The notes: generated by a model from the letters alone, not told the origin. A stretch of 64,000 nt of DNA from an uncultured bacterium (GCA_963729625.1 CAVSOU010000011.1:32001-96000), one strand, 5' to 3'; shown: positions 53,071 through 63,619, numbered from the stretch's first letter. A program made the numbers and translations.

Positions 53071-53817
53071 CTATTCGGCGCGTGCCCCGCTTGATCGTGC
53101 CGGCTTCAACGACGCAAGCCAGAAGCCTGCGTAGGCCAGGAGCTCGTGTGACGCGTAATTTGACGCGTGCGCCGTGGTTTGGCGACGCTCGATAGCCAGC
53201 CGGAGGTCGGCCGCGGTCGAGCCCGGGAATCGCGTATAGCTCTTACCAATAGCTTCCACGATGTGCGCGTCAGAGCAGCCCACCACAGGCAGTCTCCCGG
53301 TCTGGCGATTGTGTCTCTTGGCCCGGAAATTCGCTACGTACATGAATGGCGTGGAATTCTCCACTTCGACTGCGTCGAATGGCAGCTCGGCGAAGCGGCG
53401 GCCGACACCCTGGATCTCCTGGCCGAAGGCCGTGATAAAGGGATGTGCCGCGATGGCCAATCCCCCTTGCTCATGGATGGCGGCGATGGTGTCTTCCGGG
53501 CTCATCATCGGCCTGACGCGCTCGCGGATAAAGAGGGCCAGGACGTGGCCCTCCCGAGACGTGACTTCTTCGCCAAGTACCACCTGAAAGCGATAGCGAA
53601 GCTGCAGCTCCTGCGCTCGCAGTGCCCCTTCGATTGTGTCGTGGTCGGTAATGGCAATCACCTGCATCCGCGTTCGCGTGGCCACGTGGTCGAGCACGGC
53701 CTGCACAGTCGGACGACCATCGGAATGGCAGGTGTGAACATGGAGGTCGGCCCGACCACGATGACCCCTGAGGTGCAAATGCGCCAGGCCGGCGCCTCGT
53801 GAAACATGCGTCGTCAT
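53071..53817 (-). CDS. PHP-domain phosphoesterase
   Basis: DLHVHT..SDG, AITDHD, GEEV, AHP, SDAH. Confidence 0.92.
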   Translation of the reverse strand: MTTHVSRGAGLAHLHLRGHRGRADLHVHTCHSDGRPTVQAVLDHVATRTRMQVIAITDHDTIEGALRAQELQLRYRFQVVLGEEVTSREGHVLALFIRERVRPMMSPEDTIAAIHEQGGLAIAAHPFITAFGQEIQGVGRRFAELPFDAVEVENSTPFMYVANFRAKRHNRQTGRLPVVGCSDAHIVEAIGKSYTRFPGSTAADLRLAIERRQTTAHASNYASHELLAYAGFWLASLKPARSSGARAE

Positions 53818-53869
53818 GCTTGCCCCAGACCGGTAACTGCAAGATTCGAGAAACCTGCTTCGAGCGTAA

Positions 53870-54180
53870 CATACCTGGCCGTCGATGACCCTGATCTGCT
53901 CGCCCTGGCCACCCGGGTGGTCTGGTGGAAGCCATCGGAGGAGACGCTCGGTGATCCCATCTTCTTCCTTGCACACGTGATGACCTACGGGACTGCGGAC
54001 GATGTGGCGATAGCACGCGAGCACTTTGGCGACGGCGCTTTTGGCGCGGCGCTCGACCAAGCACCGGCCGGGGTGTTCGACGCACGCAGCTGGGCTTATT
54101 GGCAGGCGGTCCGCTGGCGCATTCCCCCTCCGCCTCTCCCTACCCGCCTGATCCCGGATCGTTCGTCGGCACTCAGTTAA
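53870..54180 (+). CDS. Small hypothetical protein resembling partners of AbiEii-type nucleotidyltransferases; start uncertain
   Basis: RVVWWKP...FLAHVMTYGT..D...APAGVFDARSWAYW. Confidence 0.55.
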
Positions 54181-54222
54181 CCGCGCCAGACGGCCCTCGC
54201 ACGGTCGGGCACACGCGCTTGG

Positions 54223-54753
54223 CTACTCGCGTGCTTGCTCCTGTTGCGTGAGACGTTGCAGCTCGGGATAGCTCCGCTGTTCGCGCGGGTCAGCCTCGAT
54301 CTGAAGTTTGTGCATGACATCCTGGATCGCGCCGGCTTCGCCCTCGATCTCCACGAAATCCCCGAACTCGAGGCTGTCGAGCGCAATCTCAGCGCCGTGC
54401 CAGCGCCACGTTTCTCGGTCCTTGACATAACGGATAGCCTCGACGTAGCCAAGCTTCGACAACATGGCGAGAAGCTCCTCAGTGCCGTTCGCCGAAAATT
54501 CGACTTCGAGCTCTTCACGCGTCTTGTGCTGGAAGGGATCCAGGTCCGCGGCGGGACCCTTCCAGGTGATGGTGCTTTTTCCGGCGCTGCGCACCCGCAG
54601 AACCTCATGCCGGCGCTGAAGGACGGCGTCGGCAGTATCCAGGATTCGATTGACCTCGTGCTCGATGCCTTCGCGGCTAGCACCAAGCGTCTCGAGACGT
54701 TGGCGTATCGTCGCCAAGTCCGTCACCCGGATCTTGACCTCTCGTTCAATCAT
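54223..54753 (-). CDS. CYTH-domain protein (class IV adenylate cyclase-like)
   Basis: EREVK (ExExK), LRVR, TWKGP, REELE, FVEIE. Confidence 0.9.
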   Translation of the reverse strand: MIEREVKIRVTDLATIRQRLETLGASREGIEHEVNRILDTADAVLQRRHEVLRVRSAGKSTITWKGPAADLDPFQHKTREELEVEFSANGTEELLAMLSKLGYVEAIRYVKDRETWRWHGAEIALDSLEFGDFVEIEGEAGAIQDVMHKLQIEADPREQRSYPELQRLTQQEQARE

Positions 54754-54930
54754 TAACGTCTCCGTTTTGTCCCCTGGACGACCGCTGCTTCAGCCGTCCC
54801 GGCTCTGGCCCCCGATCCTGTCCGACCGCAAAGTATGTGAACGACTATCCACGTCGCAGGCATGCCCCTCGTCAGATGGTTCCTGGATCTTGCACGGCTT
54901 GGTCCTTCACGCCGCGGCTTCGAAAGGCCG

Positions 54931-56553
54931 CTATCCCAGGCTTCTGGTGCCGTAGATGATGCGTTTCATGTTACCTGCTTGAGCCTGACCCTGCCGCTCA
55001 ACCCGATCGGCCTCAGCCAGGGCAAGCTTCGCCAGCTCCGGCGAGCCAGCGGCTTCGAGGTGCTTGGCAGCGGTGCGAAGACTGGCAGTGCCCTTCTGTG
55101 TCTGACCTTCCTGGATCGCCTGCAAGGCCTGTTCCTGCAGCCGATGGGCCGTTATCTTGCGGAGAGCGTCGTGTACGCGAAGATGGACGGGCGGCTCATT
55201 GTCCCATTGCTCGACAAAGGCTGCCGCAATCTGGCAGGTGGACGTCTGGTTCTCAAGCCCAAGCGCCGGCACATCGTAGAAGAACTCCAGGTCGGCGACG
55301 CGTACCATTCCGGGCTTGCGCGAGGCTATGACGAATTCCAGGAGCAGCCTGTATTCGCGATCGGTGCTCACCCTGCCAAGATCCAGTTGTACGGCTTGCG
55401 CGGCGGCAGGCCCGTCGGTCGGCACCGGGAGCGTCTTGATCCCGGGCGCCACCCAGGTTGCTCGCAGCACTCGACTGGAGGCATCCGGCGTGATTTCGAC
55501 GCGCAAGTTGCGAAGAGCCGTCAATTGCAGCGTGCGAAGCTGATCCTCAAAGACTCCACGCAACTGCTCGGCGCTTTGCACGTAATCCGAGTGCCCGCCG
55601 GTGCGCGTCGCAAGCTCGTCAAGCAACACACTGTTCCAGTCATCGCCCAGGCCAAGCGCGGTGATCTGCACCTGCCGTTCACCGGCCAGGGTCGCGAGCT
55701 CAACACAGGTATCCTCGTCACCATAGGTCTGTCCATCTGTCAGCACGATCATCTGGGAAATGAGGCTTGTGGCATGCGTTTGCAGCTCCTGCAAACCCGC
55801 GCGCAGTCCTGTCGAAATCTCCGTGCCTCCTCGGCAGCGAATGGCGTCGAGAGCTTCCTTTGCGGCTCGCTTGGTGCCGAGTGGGCCGCAGGGCAACAGC
55901 ACCGTGGCCCGGTCACCAAAGGTGACAATGGACAGAAAGTCGCGAGGACTCATCATATCGACGATTCGCGCCACGGCTTCCTTGAGCCGTTGTAGCTTGT
56001 CGTCCCGTTGCATCGAGCTACTGTGGTCAAGCACAAGACAGAGGTTCAGCGGTTGGCTACTGCTGCTGATTTCGTCGCTGAGCTTGAGATCGAGCAGGAC
56101 ATAGAGCATTTGCGCGCGCGGTTGAATCAGCAGCCTGTCGCGCCCCAGTGTCGCGGAGACCTCGAGAACCGGACTGGTCAGAGTCGCGCTCGGCGGGGAT
56201 TCTGCCGTCGAGAATCCAGCATCGCTGTAGGAGACATGCGGAGGAGCTTGCGTCGGGCGTTGCGTTACCTTGGGTCGCTCGAGCGATCGTTCAGTGAACG
56301 ACGGTGGCGTGGCCGAAGCTGCCCTTTGACCTGCCACATTCGGCTCGCCCGCTGGCTTCTCTGTCTGGTGGGCACGGATGCTCTCGAACGCACTCTGCAC
56401 AGCATCGAAGCGGTCGCGCGCGCCGGGGTTCACATCGGGGTGCAGTTCCCGTACGAGGCGACGATGAGCGGCACGCACCTCACTGAAGGGCGCACTCGGT
56501 AGCACGCCGAGCACATCGTACGGATCGGCGTTTGGAGCTGGCGGGCTGCTCAT
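54931..56553 (-). CDS. J-domain plus VWA-domain protein
   Basis: DPYDVLG...LHPD J-domain; linker; LVLDHSSSM MIDAS, GGT, LTDG. Confidence 0.88.
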   Translation of the reverse strand: MSSPPAPNADPYDVLGVLPSAPFSEVRAAHRRLVRELHPDVNPGARDRFDAVQSAFESIRAHQTEKPAGEPNVAGQRAASATPPSFTERSLERPKVTQRPTQAPPHVSYSDAGFSTAESPPSATLTSPVLEVSATLGRDRLLIQPRAQMLYVLLDLKLSDEISSSSQPLNLCLVLDHSSSMQRDDKLQRLKEAVARIVDMMSPRDFLSIVTFGDRATVLLPCGPLGTKRAAKEALDAIRCRGGTEISTGLRAGLQELQTHATSLISQMIVLTDGQTYGDEDTCVELATLAGERQVQITALGLGDDWNSVLLDELATRTGGHSDYVQSAEQLRGVFEDQLRTLQLTALRNLRVEITPDASSRVLRATWVAPGIKTLPVPTDGPAAAQAVQLDLGRVSTDREYRLLLEFVIASRKPGMVRVADLEFFYDVPALGLENQTSTCQIAAAFVEQWDNEPPVHLRVHDALRKITAHRLQEQALQAIQEGQTQKGTASLRTAAKHLEAAGSPELAKLALAEADRVERQGQAQAGNMKRIIYGTRSLG

Positions 56554-56899
56554 CGTCTCCCTGCCGGTAGTCTTTCGCCCCTTCTGTCCCTCATCGCGGA
56601 CAGTTTGAGAGGTTCCTGACGCCTCCAACACAGTGCGCTGCGGCACCCACGGCGACACTGGTGTACCGCCAGTATAGGCAAGCGAGTCAGGCCAAGGCAA
56701 TAGCACAGTGTGGGAAGCCAATGTTCCACAATGCCATGGTATGGTAGTCTGCCACGGGCGCGTTGCAGAACAAGGCTTTGCAGAAGGCCGGAAAATACCA
56801 GATCATACATATGTGGCAAGCATGGCAGCCAGACTGGCGTAGATTCCAGGCGCTCCGGTTTGGAGCTGTTCCTGCCGGATGGGCGAGCGCGGGGGGGTG

Positions 56900-58147
56900 A
56901 TGGCTGTCGATCGTTCAGTCACTATCGGAACTGTCCTGAGTGGACGGTATCGCCTTGTGTCCCTCTTGGGACAGGGCGGCGGTGGCGCGGTATACCTCGC
57001 GGAGGACATTGAGCTGTTTGGCCGCCCGGTAGCGGTCAAGGAGCTGGTCGACCAATTTGCCGATCAAGCCGACCGCGACGCTGCTGTGGCGCGCTTCACG
57101 CAGGAAGCAAAGATGCTCGTCACGCTCGACCACCCCAACCTTCCCGACCTGCGGTCGTACTTCACGGAAGGCGGCCGTCACTACCTGGTGATGGAATTCG
57201 TGGAAGGTACGACGTTGCTGGCGCAGCTGGAGCGGGCAAAAGGAGTGCTCTCGCCGCTGGTGGTGGCCGAATGGGGACGGCAGATTTGCGACGTGCTCAC
57301 CTACTTGCACAGTCGTACGCCCCCAGTGATCTTCCGCGATCTCAAGCCGTCCAACATCATGATCGACCGCAACGGCCAGATCAAGCTTATCGACTTCGGC
57401 ACTGCCCGGCACTTCGATCTGACGAAGAATACGGACACTTTGAAGATGGGAAGCATCGGCTATGCGGCGCCGGAGCAATATCAGGGCCAGGGCCAGACCA
57501 GCCCAAGGTCCGATGTCTACGCGCTCGGCGTGACGCTTCACCAGCTGCTGACCAACGCCGATCCGAGTGCGCGTCCATTTGTGTTCACGCCCCCGTCCAT
57601 GCTCCGGCCCGACATACCCGAAAGCCTGAGCCGCACCGTGATGCGCGCGGTGAACCTCGATCCTGCCCAGCGGTTTCCTTCGGCCCTGGAACTCCGTCAC
57701 GCGCTCAATACGGGCCTCACAGACGGCACCACCACCTTGCTGAAAGTGACAGCCGAGCCCGAGCCCAACCCGTGGCTGGTGGCCGCTCTTGGCGTCGTGG
57801 GAGCGGCCCTGCTTGAAGCGGTGGCGTTGATTCCCGAGTTTCCCAATCTTGGCAAGGGCACCGCCAGCGCCGATTGGGCAGTCGACTACGGGTTGTTGGC
57901 AGGCGCGGCGCTGGGTGCAGCCATCGGAGGCGCGCTTGCGCCGGGTTGGCAGCGGCGACGCCTGCCAGCCACAGTTGCGGCGTTCGTGGGAGCTGCCGTA
58001 TTCTGCGCCTGCGTCGGCCTCGCGGTTGTCGCTGGGATTGGTCACGGAGACCCGCGGCACTTTTCATTGCGCCTGCTCGCCGGCCTGGCCCTCCCGGCCG
58101 CTGCCGCTGGTGCTGCGCTCGTGCGCGGTTTCCGCGTCGGCGAATAG
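56900..58147 (+). CDS. Hanks-type Ser/Thr protein kinase with C-terminal TM segments
   Basis: GQGGGGAV, VAVKE, FRDLKPSN, DFG, APE, SDVY. Confidence 0.95.
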   Translation: MAVDRSVTIGTVLSGRYRLVSLLGQGGGGAVYLAEDIELFGRPVAVKELVDQFADQADRDAAVARFTQEAKMLVTLDHPNLPDLRSYFTEGGRHYLVMEFVEGTTLLAQLERAKGVLSPLVVAEWGRQICDVLTYLHSRTPPVIFRDLKPSNIMIDRNGQIKLIDFGTARHFDLTKNTDTLKMGSIGYAAPEQYQGQGQTSPRSDVYALGVTLHQLLTNADPSARPFVFTPPSMLRPDIPESLSRTVMRAVNLDPAQRFPSALELRHALNTGLTDGTTTLLKVTAEPEPNPWLVAALGVVGAALLEAVALIPEFPNLGKGTASADWAVDYGLLAGAALGAAIGGALAPGWQRRRLPATVAAFVGAAVFCACVGLAVVAGIGHGDPRHFSLRLLAGLALPAAAAGAALVRGFRVGE

Positions 58148-58149
58148 CC

Positions 58150-58875
58150 GTGATCGATATCGTCTTTGAGGATCGCTTCCTGATGGTCGTGATAAAGCCG
58201 GCCGGCATGGTAACGCACCCTGCCTATCGCCACCCGGACGGCACGCTCTGGAATCTGCTGGCTGACCTATTCGCGGAGCGCGGAATTCCGGAGCGTCCTC
58301 ATCTGCTGCACCGCCTGGATCGCGCCACGTCCGGGCTGGTGTGCGTTCCCAAGCGTCTGCCCGCGCACCGATCTCTCGAGCGGATGCTGCGAGAGGGGCG
58401 CTTCGAGAAATCCTACCTGGCTCTGGTGGAGGGAGTTCCGCCCCCTCGCGGAACGATCGCGGCGCCACTGGGGCGAGATCCCGTCGATCGGCGGCGAGTC
58501 TGCGTGCGGGCCGACGGCCAGGGAGCGGTAACGCACTTCTCCGCCTTACGCCGTTTTCAGCATTGCACGCTGCTTCGTGTTGTGCTGGAAACGGGTCGCA
58601 TGCATCAGATTCGCGCGCATCTCGCGCACATAGGTCACCCGGTGATGGGCGATATCGCCTATGGTGGGATCGCCGTCGAGAGCGACAGGATTTTCCTCCA
58701 CGCCGATCGCCTGGCGTTTCCGCATCCGATCACGCGGCAGCGAATCGACTGCCGCGCTCCCCTTCCTCCGGACATGCGGCTGGCTTTGCACCGATCTCAC
58801 CAGGCGACGCGAGGCAATCCTGCCTCGTTCGGGCCTGGTCTTGAAGAGCCGCTTCTGTTGCCTCGCGCCATGTGA
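58150..58875 (+). CDS. RluA-family pseudouridine synthase (no S4 domain)
   Basis: KPAG, HRLDRATSG, TGRMHQIRAH, GDIAYG. Confidence 0.93.
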   Translation: MIDIVFEDRFLMVVIKPAGMVTHPAYRHPDGTLWNLLADLFAERGIPERPHLLHRLDRATSGLVCVPKRLPAHRSLERMLREGRFEKSYLALVEGVPPPRGTIAAPLGRDPVDRRRVCVRADGQGAVTHFSALRRFQHCTLLRVVLETGRMHQIRAHLAHIGHPVMGDIAYGGIAVESDRIFLHADRLAFPHPITRQRIDCRAPLPPDMRLALHRSHQATRGNPASFGPGLEEPLLLPRAM

Positions 58876-59000
58876 GATCGGCGGGCGCAGCCTCGCGACG
58901 ACTGCGCAGGGTCTCCTCGCAGGCGATGAGAAACCGCACTGCTTCGCAGTAGGGCCCGCCAACGTCGGGGTTGGCAGCGGCTTTCTTCATGCTCCCTGCA

Positions 59001-59029
59001 CTGACCCTTGCCAGGGCCGCGTCTATAAT
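59001..59029 (+). promoter_or_regulatory. Sigma70 promoter of murA
   Basis: CTGACC-17 nt-TATAAT; GAGGAG RBS downstream. Confidence 0.65.
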
Positions 59030-59079
59030 AGGGAAGGGCCATCGGGCAGTTGGCCGAGCCCTGAACTCGAGGAGTAAGC

Positions 59080-60336
59080 ATGTCCCGCTACGTAGTCAAG
59101 GGTGGCGTCCCCTTGCAAGGCGCCGTGGAGGCGTCGGCGAACAAGAATGCCGTTCTGCCGATCATGGCTGCGTCACTTCTGACTGACGATGAATGTGTTC
59201 TGACGAACGTACCGCAGATCACCGACGTGGTGGTAATGGGGAACCTGCTTCGCGAGCTCGGTGCGCGCGTGGACGGCCTTGGCAGCAAGGAAATCCGTAT
59301 CTGCTGCGCTCCCGTCCGAGCGTCGGACCTGAATCCTCATCTGGTCAAGAAGCTCCGAGCATCGGTCACCTTGCTTGCTCCATTGCTGGTCAGGCAGGGC
59401 CACGTGCGGACGTATCATCCCGGTGGCTGCGTGATTGGCCGGCGCGACATCGGCACGCACCTGGATGCGCTGACCGCGATGGGCGCGCGCGTGGGTGAGC
59501 TCGAGGATGGCTACGACATCACCGCCGACCGGCTCACCGGTTCGAGTATCTTCCTGGACGAAGCGTCGGTTACCGCTACCGAAAATACTGTGATGGCCGC
59601 GTGCCTCGCGTCTGGCCGCACCGTGATCAAGCACGCCGCCTGTGAACCCCACGTGGAGGACTTCTGCACGTTCCTGCTTCAAATGGGCGCGCGCATCGCT
59701 GGTGTCGGCAGCAACATCATTACGGTAGATGGCGTCTCGGAGTTGCACGGCACGTCGTTCCGTATCAGCACCGATCATGTCGACGTCGGTACGTTCGCGG
59801 TCGCCGCCGCGCTCACGCATGGCGACGTCGTGATCAAGAACTTTGTTCCGGCGGATTTCGAGCTTATCGGCCTCGTGCTCCGGCGTATGGGCGTGAAGAT
59901 GGAGATCGGCGAAGGCACGCTGCATATCTTGCCTTCCAATCTGGAGGCGACGCGTAAGATTGCCACCGATCCCTGGCCCGGCTTTCCAACCGATCTCGCC
60001 TCGGCCATGATTGTGCTTGCTACACAGGCGGCTGGTACAACGCTCGTTCACGACTGGATGTATGAAGGACGTATGTTCTTCATCGATAAACTTGTCTCCA
60101 TGGGCGCGAACATCATTTTGTGCGACCCGCACCGCTGCGTGGTGACTGGCCCCTCGCCCCTCCGGCGTGGCACGGTGTTCAGTCCCGATCTTCGCGCCGG
60201 CGCCGCGCTCGTCCTGGCGGGGCTGGTCGCGAGCGGCACCAGCGAGATCCACGACGTGGAGTTAGTGGAACGAGGTTATGAGAACTTCGTGGATCGCCTC
60301 AGCGCGCTTGGCGCTCGCATCGAGAAGGTAGACTAG
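59080..60336 (+). CDS. murA: UDP-N-acetylglucosamine 1-carboxyvinyltransferase
   Basis: KNAVLPI, PGGCVIGRR, SVTATEN, PGFPTD, DLRAG. Confidence 0.97.
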   Translation: MSRYVVKGGVPLQGAVEASANKNAVLPIMAASLLTDDECVLTNVPQITDVVVMGNLLRELGARVDGLGSKEIRICCAPVRASDLNPHLVKKLRASVTLLAPLLVRQGHVRTYHPGGCVIGRRDIGTHLDALTAMGARVGELEDGYDITADRLTGSSIFLDEASVTATENTVMAACLASGRTVIKHAACEPHVEDFCTFLLQMGARIAGVGSNIITVDGVSELHGTSFRISTDHVDVGTFAVAAALTHGDVVIKNFVPADFELIGLVLRRMGVKMEIGEGTLHILPSNLEATRKIATDPWPGFPTDLASAMIVLATQAAGTTLVHDWMYEGRMFFIDKLVSMGANIILCDPHRCVVTGPSPLRRGTVFSPDLRAGAALVLAGLVASGTSEIHDVELVERGYENFVDRLSALGARIEKVD

Positions 60337-60340
60337 GCAC

Positions 60341-61108
60341 GTGCTCGCGCTGTTGGCTGCCTGCCCCGCGCTGCCAGACTGGCTGAACAAGCTGCACGTG
60401 CTCGGCGTGAACATCAGCATCGCGCACATCCTGGATACGTACGGCTACGTGATGGTGGCGATCTTCATTGGTATCGAGAGCACGGGCATTCCATTTCCCG
60501 GAGAGACCATGCTGCTATCGGCGTCCGTCTATGCCGCGCAGGGGTGTGGGATGCGCGAACAGTGGGTGATCGTCGCCTGCATCATCGGTGCTACCACCGG
60601 CGACAACATGGGCTTTTGGGTAGGCCGCACAGGTGGCAGAGCGCTGATCAAGAAGATCCCGTTTGTCAAAGAATCGCACCTCGCGCCGGCCGAAAGGTAT
60701 TTCCAGAAATATGGCGGCGCGACGGTCTTCTTCGGTCGCTTCCTCGCCGTGTTGCGCGCGTGGGCGGCGTTCTTGGCCGGGGTCAATCGGATGCGGCCGT
60801 TGAAGTTCTTCCTCTACAACCTGAGCGGCGCGGCGATATGGAGTACCACGTTCGGCTTGCTCGGCTACGAGCTGGGCAGGAACCTCGATAAGCTGAAGAG
60901 CATCGTGTCCGCGCTCGGCGTATTCGGCGCCATCGTCTTCTTCGTGATCGTGGGTATCGCCGCAGGTGTCTACGTTGCTCGACGGCGGTCCTCTCGGCAT
61001 GACAAACTGCCTGCCCCGCCAGAACATGTTGAGACAACCTCGGTACAGCCTCAAGCGACGAATCGTCGTCAAGTGAGCCCCGGTGTCGAGGTGCGGCCGG
61101 GAGAATAG
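60341..61108 (+). CDS. DedA family membrane protein
   Basis: ESTGIPFPGE, GDNMGFWVGR, FFGRF, AGVNRM. Confidence 0.93.
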   Translation: MLALLAACPALPDWLNKLHVLGVNISIAHILDTYGYVMVAIFIGIESTGIPFPGETMLLSASVYAAQGCGMREQWVIVACIIGATTGDNMGFWVGRTGGRALIKKIPFVKESHLAPAERYFQKYGGATVFFGRFLAVLRAWAAFLAGVNRMRPLKFFLYNLSGAAIWSTTFGLLGYELGRNLDKLKSIVSALGVFGAIVFFVIVGIAAGVYVARRRSSRHDKLPAPPEHVETTSVQPQATNRRQVSPGVEVRPGE

Positions 61109-61209
61109 CATTCCTCTCGCGAAAATTCCCGAAGACGGCGGTAGCCTTTTCACCATCCTGCTCCCGCGCGGTGTGCCTCGTGAGATAGAATAGCGCCAAG
61201 GGAGATGTG

Positions 61210-61569
61210 ATGGCGCGCATATTGGTTGTCGACGACGACGTGATGATTCGTAACTATATTGATATGGCGCTCAAGGAGGAAGGACATGAAGTCCTGGCCG
61301 CTGAACACGGCGCCGCGGCACTGCTCGTGCTTGATGCCGTGATTCCCGATGTAATCCTGCTCGATATGCGCATGCCAACCATGGACGGTTGGGAGTTCGC
61401 GCGTCAGTACCATGCCCGGCCGGGGCAGAAGGTGCCGATTGTCGTCATGACGGCAGCGCAGGATGCCTCTCAGCGGGCCGCGCAGATCGGCGCGGATGAC
61501 TACCTGGCGAAGCCGTTTGACCTGGATGACCTCTACGGGTGCGTCTCCCGCCTCACCAGCTCCTCCTGA
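61210..61569 (+). CDS. Single-domain response regulator (CheY-like)
   Basis: ILVVDDD, LLDMRMP, MTA, KPF. Confidence 0.93.
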   Translation: MARILVVDDDVMIRNYIDMALKEEGHEVLAAEHGAAALLVLDAVIPDVILLDMRMPTMDGWEFARQYHARPGQKVPIVVMTAAQDASQRAAQIGADDYLAKPFDLDDLYGCVSRLTSSS

Positions 61570-61756
61570 ACAGCCCACACTCGATACACACCCGGAGGAC
61601 GGCGCCGATTGGACGCGCGTGCGAAAGCACGTTACGCTCACGCGTAAACAGTAGTCGCGGCCACGGGCTGGGCGGGCGACCTGGACCACAGGCGTTGCAT
61701 CGAGCACCGGTGGTGAACTCTTGTTCTTCCCTCGAGGATTCGAACAGGAGGCGGAC

Positions 61757-63619
61757 ATGATTTTTTGGCCATTTCACAGGGCGTCTGCGTGGACGCGCCA
61801 CGTCGTGCGCACGCTGCTGCTGCTCGGCGCCCTCGTGCTGCCGGGTGGGGTTGCCGTGCAGGCAGCGCCATCGCGTGCTGCCGCGGCAAGCGCTCGTGCC
61901 CCAACCGCCTCCACGGTCGCCAGCTCAACGGCAGCGGCCGGGCAGCATGCGGCCACGGATGCCGGCACCTGGGTCTGGCGCCATCCATTGCCACAAGGCA
62001 ATTCGCTTGCGGGCGTTGCCTGCCCGAGCAGCACGCTCTGCCTGGCCGTAGGGGACTACGGCACCGTCCTGACCAGCGTGGATGGCGGCGCCACCTGGCG
62101 ACGCCGTGCTGTCGGCACCACGGACGTGCTCATCGCGGTGGCCTGTCCGAGCAGCACCCTCTGCCTGGGCGTGAGCAACGGCGCCTTACTGAGGAGCACG
62201 GACAGCGGCGCCAGCTGGAGCAGAGGGGCGGGAGCGTACACGTTTGGGGGTGTCACCTGCGCTACCGGCGGGTTCTGTTTGGCGCTGGATTCACACGGCG
62301 CCATGCTGGTCAGCACGGATGGCGGTGCCACCTGGCGCAGACCGGCGACCGGTCCCGGCGCCGGAAGCCTTAGCATCGCCTGCTGGAGCCCGCGCTCCTG
62401 CGTGGCCGTGGGAGGCCGTGCGATCCAGACCAGCGCGGACGCCGGTCGCACGTGGCGCAGCCCCTCCCTCCCTGGCGTCAACTGGTCACTGGTCAGCGTG
62501 GCGTGCTCGACCGGCGGCGCCTGCCTGGCCGTGGGCGACCACGGCGTGATTGTGGCCAGTGCCGACGGCGGGGCTACCTGGACCGTCCAGTCTTCCGGCA
62601 CCGACAACCCACTCAACGGCATCGCCTGCCCGAGCGCCGGAAGGTGCCTGGCGGTCGGTCTCTTTGGCACGATCCTGGCGGGCGGCCCGGCGCACGCGAT
62701 GTGGCCGGTGGGAACACCATCGCCGGCGCCATCGCCAACACGCATCCCGGGGCCGGCTCCGGCGACGCATTGGCGCCCGCGCCAGTCGGGCGCCATAGAC
62801 GACCTCTACGCGGTCACCTGCCCGAGCAGCAGCATGTGCCTGGCAGGCGGAGGCAGCTTCAGGAACGTCCTGGTCAGCACCGACGGCGGAGCCAGCTGGC
62901 ACGCCAGCCCCATCACCTCGAGCGTGGCCGGGCTCGCCTTTCCCGCCCAGAATTTCTGCCTGGCGGTGGGTGAGGACAGCCTGGATCAGGTGATTCCACC
63001 TGGCGGAGCCGGCCTAAGCAATCCTTTCATCTACCTGTCGAGCATCGCCTGCCCCAGCAGCAGCACCTGCGTGGTGGTGGGCGAGCGTGGCAGCATCGTG
63101 GCCACCGCGGACGGCTGGAATTCGTGGACCAGACGACCCTCCGGCACCGCCGTCGATCTCTTCAGCATCGCCTGCCCTAGCAGCAGACTCTGCCTGGCGG
63201 TGGGCCAGGGGGGTACGATCCTCGGCAGCGTGGATGGCGGCGTCACCTGGATCGCACGCCCCTCCGGCACGCGTGACTTCTTGCTCGGCATCGCCCGCGC
63301 GAGCGCGAGCGCCTGCGTGGCCGTGGGATCGCGCGGCACCGTCCTGACCACCGCGGACAGCGGCGCCACCTGGCGCAGCCGCGCCTCCGGCACGACGAAT
63401 GCCCTGGCCGCCGTCACCTGCCCGACCGCCGGTGCCTGCCTGGCCGTGGGCGAGGCCGGCACCATCCTGGCCAGCGGCGACGGCGGGGCCACCTGGACCG
63501 CGCGTCCCTCGGGCACCACCGCCTTCTTGAACGCCGTCACCTGCCCGAGCGCGACGGCGTGTCTGGCCGTGGGCCAGAGCGGCACCATCCTGGCCAGCAC
63601 CGACGGCGTCGCGGGATGA
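61757..63619 (+). CDS. Secreted YCF48/BNR-like beta-propeller protein with Cys-paired repeats
   Basis: AGGAGG RBS, signal peptide, many L.AVACPS...CLAVG..GT.L.S.DGG.TW units. Confidence 0.85.
   Translation: MIFWPFHRASAWTRHVVRTLLLLGALVLPGGVAVQAAPSRAAAASARAPTASTVASSTAAAGQHAATDAGTWVWRHPLPQGNSLAGVACPSSTLCLAVGDYGTVLTSVDGGATWRRRAVGTTDVLIAVACPSSTLCLGVSNGALLRSTDSGASWSRGAGAYTFGGVTCATGGFCLALDSHGAMLVSTDGGATWRRPATGPGAGSLSIACWSPRSCVAVGGRAIQTSADAGRTWRSPSLPGVNWSLVSVACSTGGACLAVGDHGVIVASADGGATWTVQSSGTDNPLNGIACPSAGRCLAVGLFGTILAGGPAHAMWPVGTPSPAPSPTRIPGPAPATHWRPRQSGAIDDLYAVTCPSSSMCLAGGGSFRNVLVSTDGGASWHASPITSSVAGLAFPAQNFCLAVGEDSLDQVIPPGGAGLSNPFIYLSSIACPSSSTCVVVGERGSIVATADGWNSWTRRPSGTAVDLFSIACPSSRLCLAVGQGGTILGSVDGGVTWIARPSGTRDFLLGIARASASACVAVGSRGTVLTTADSGATWRSRASGTTNALAAVTCPTAGACLAVGEAGTILASGDGGATWTARPSGTTAFLNAVTCPSATACLAVGQSGTILASTDGVAG

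Noticed and set aside
54862-55995. 377-aa plus-strand ORF
   Set aside because: Antisense to the J-domain-VWA gene.
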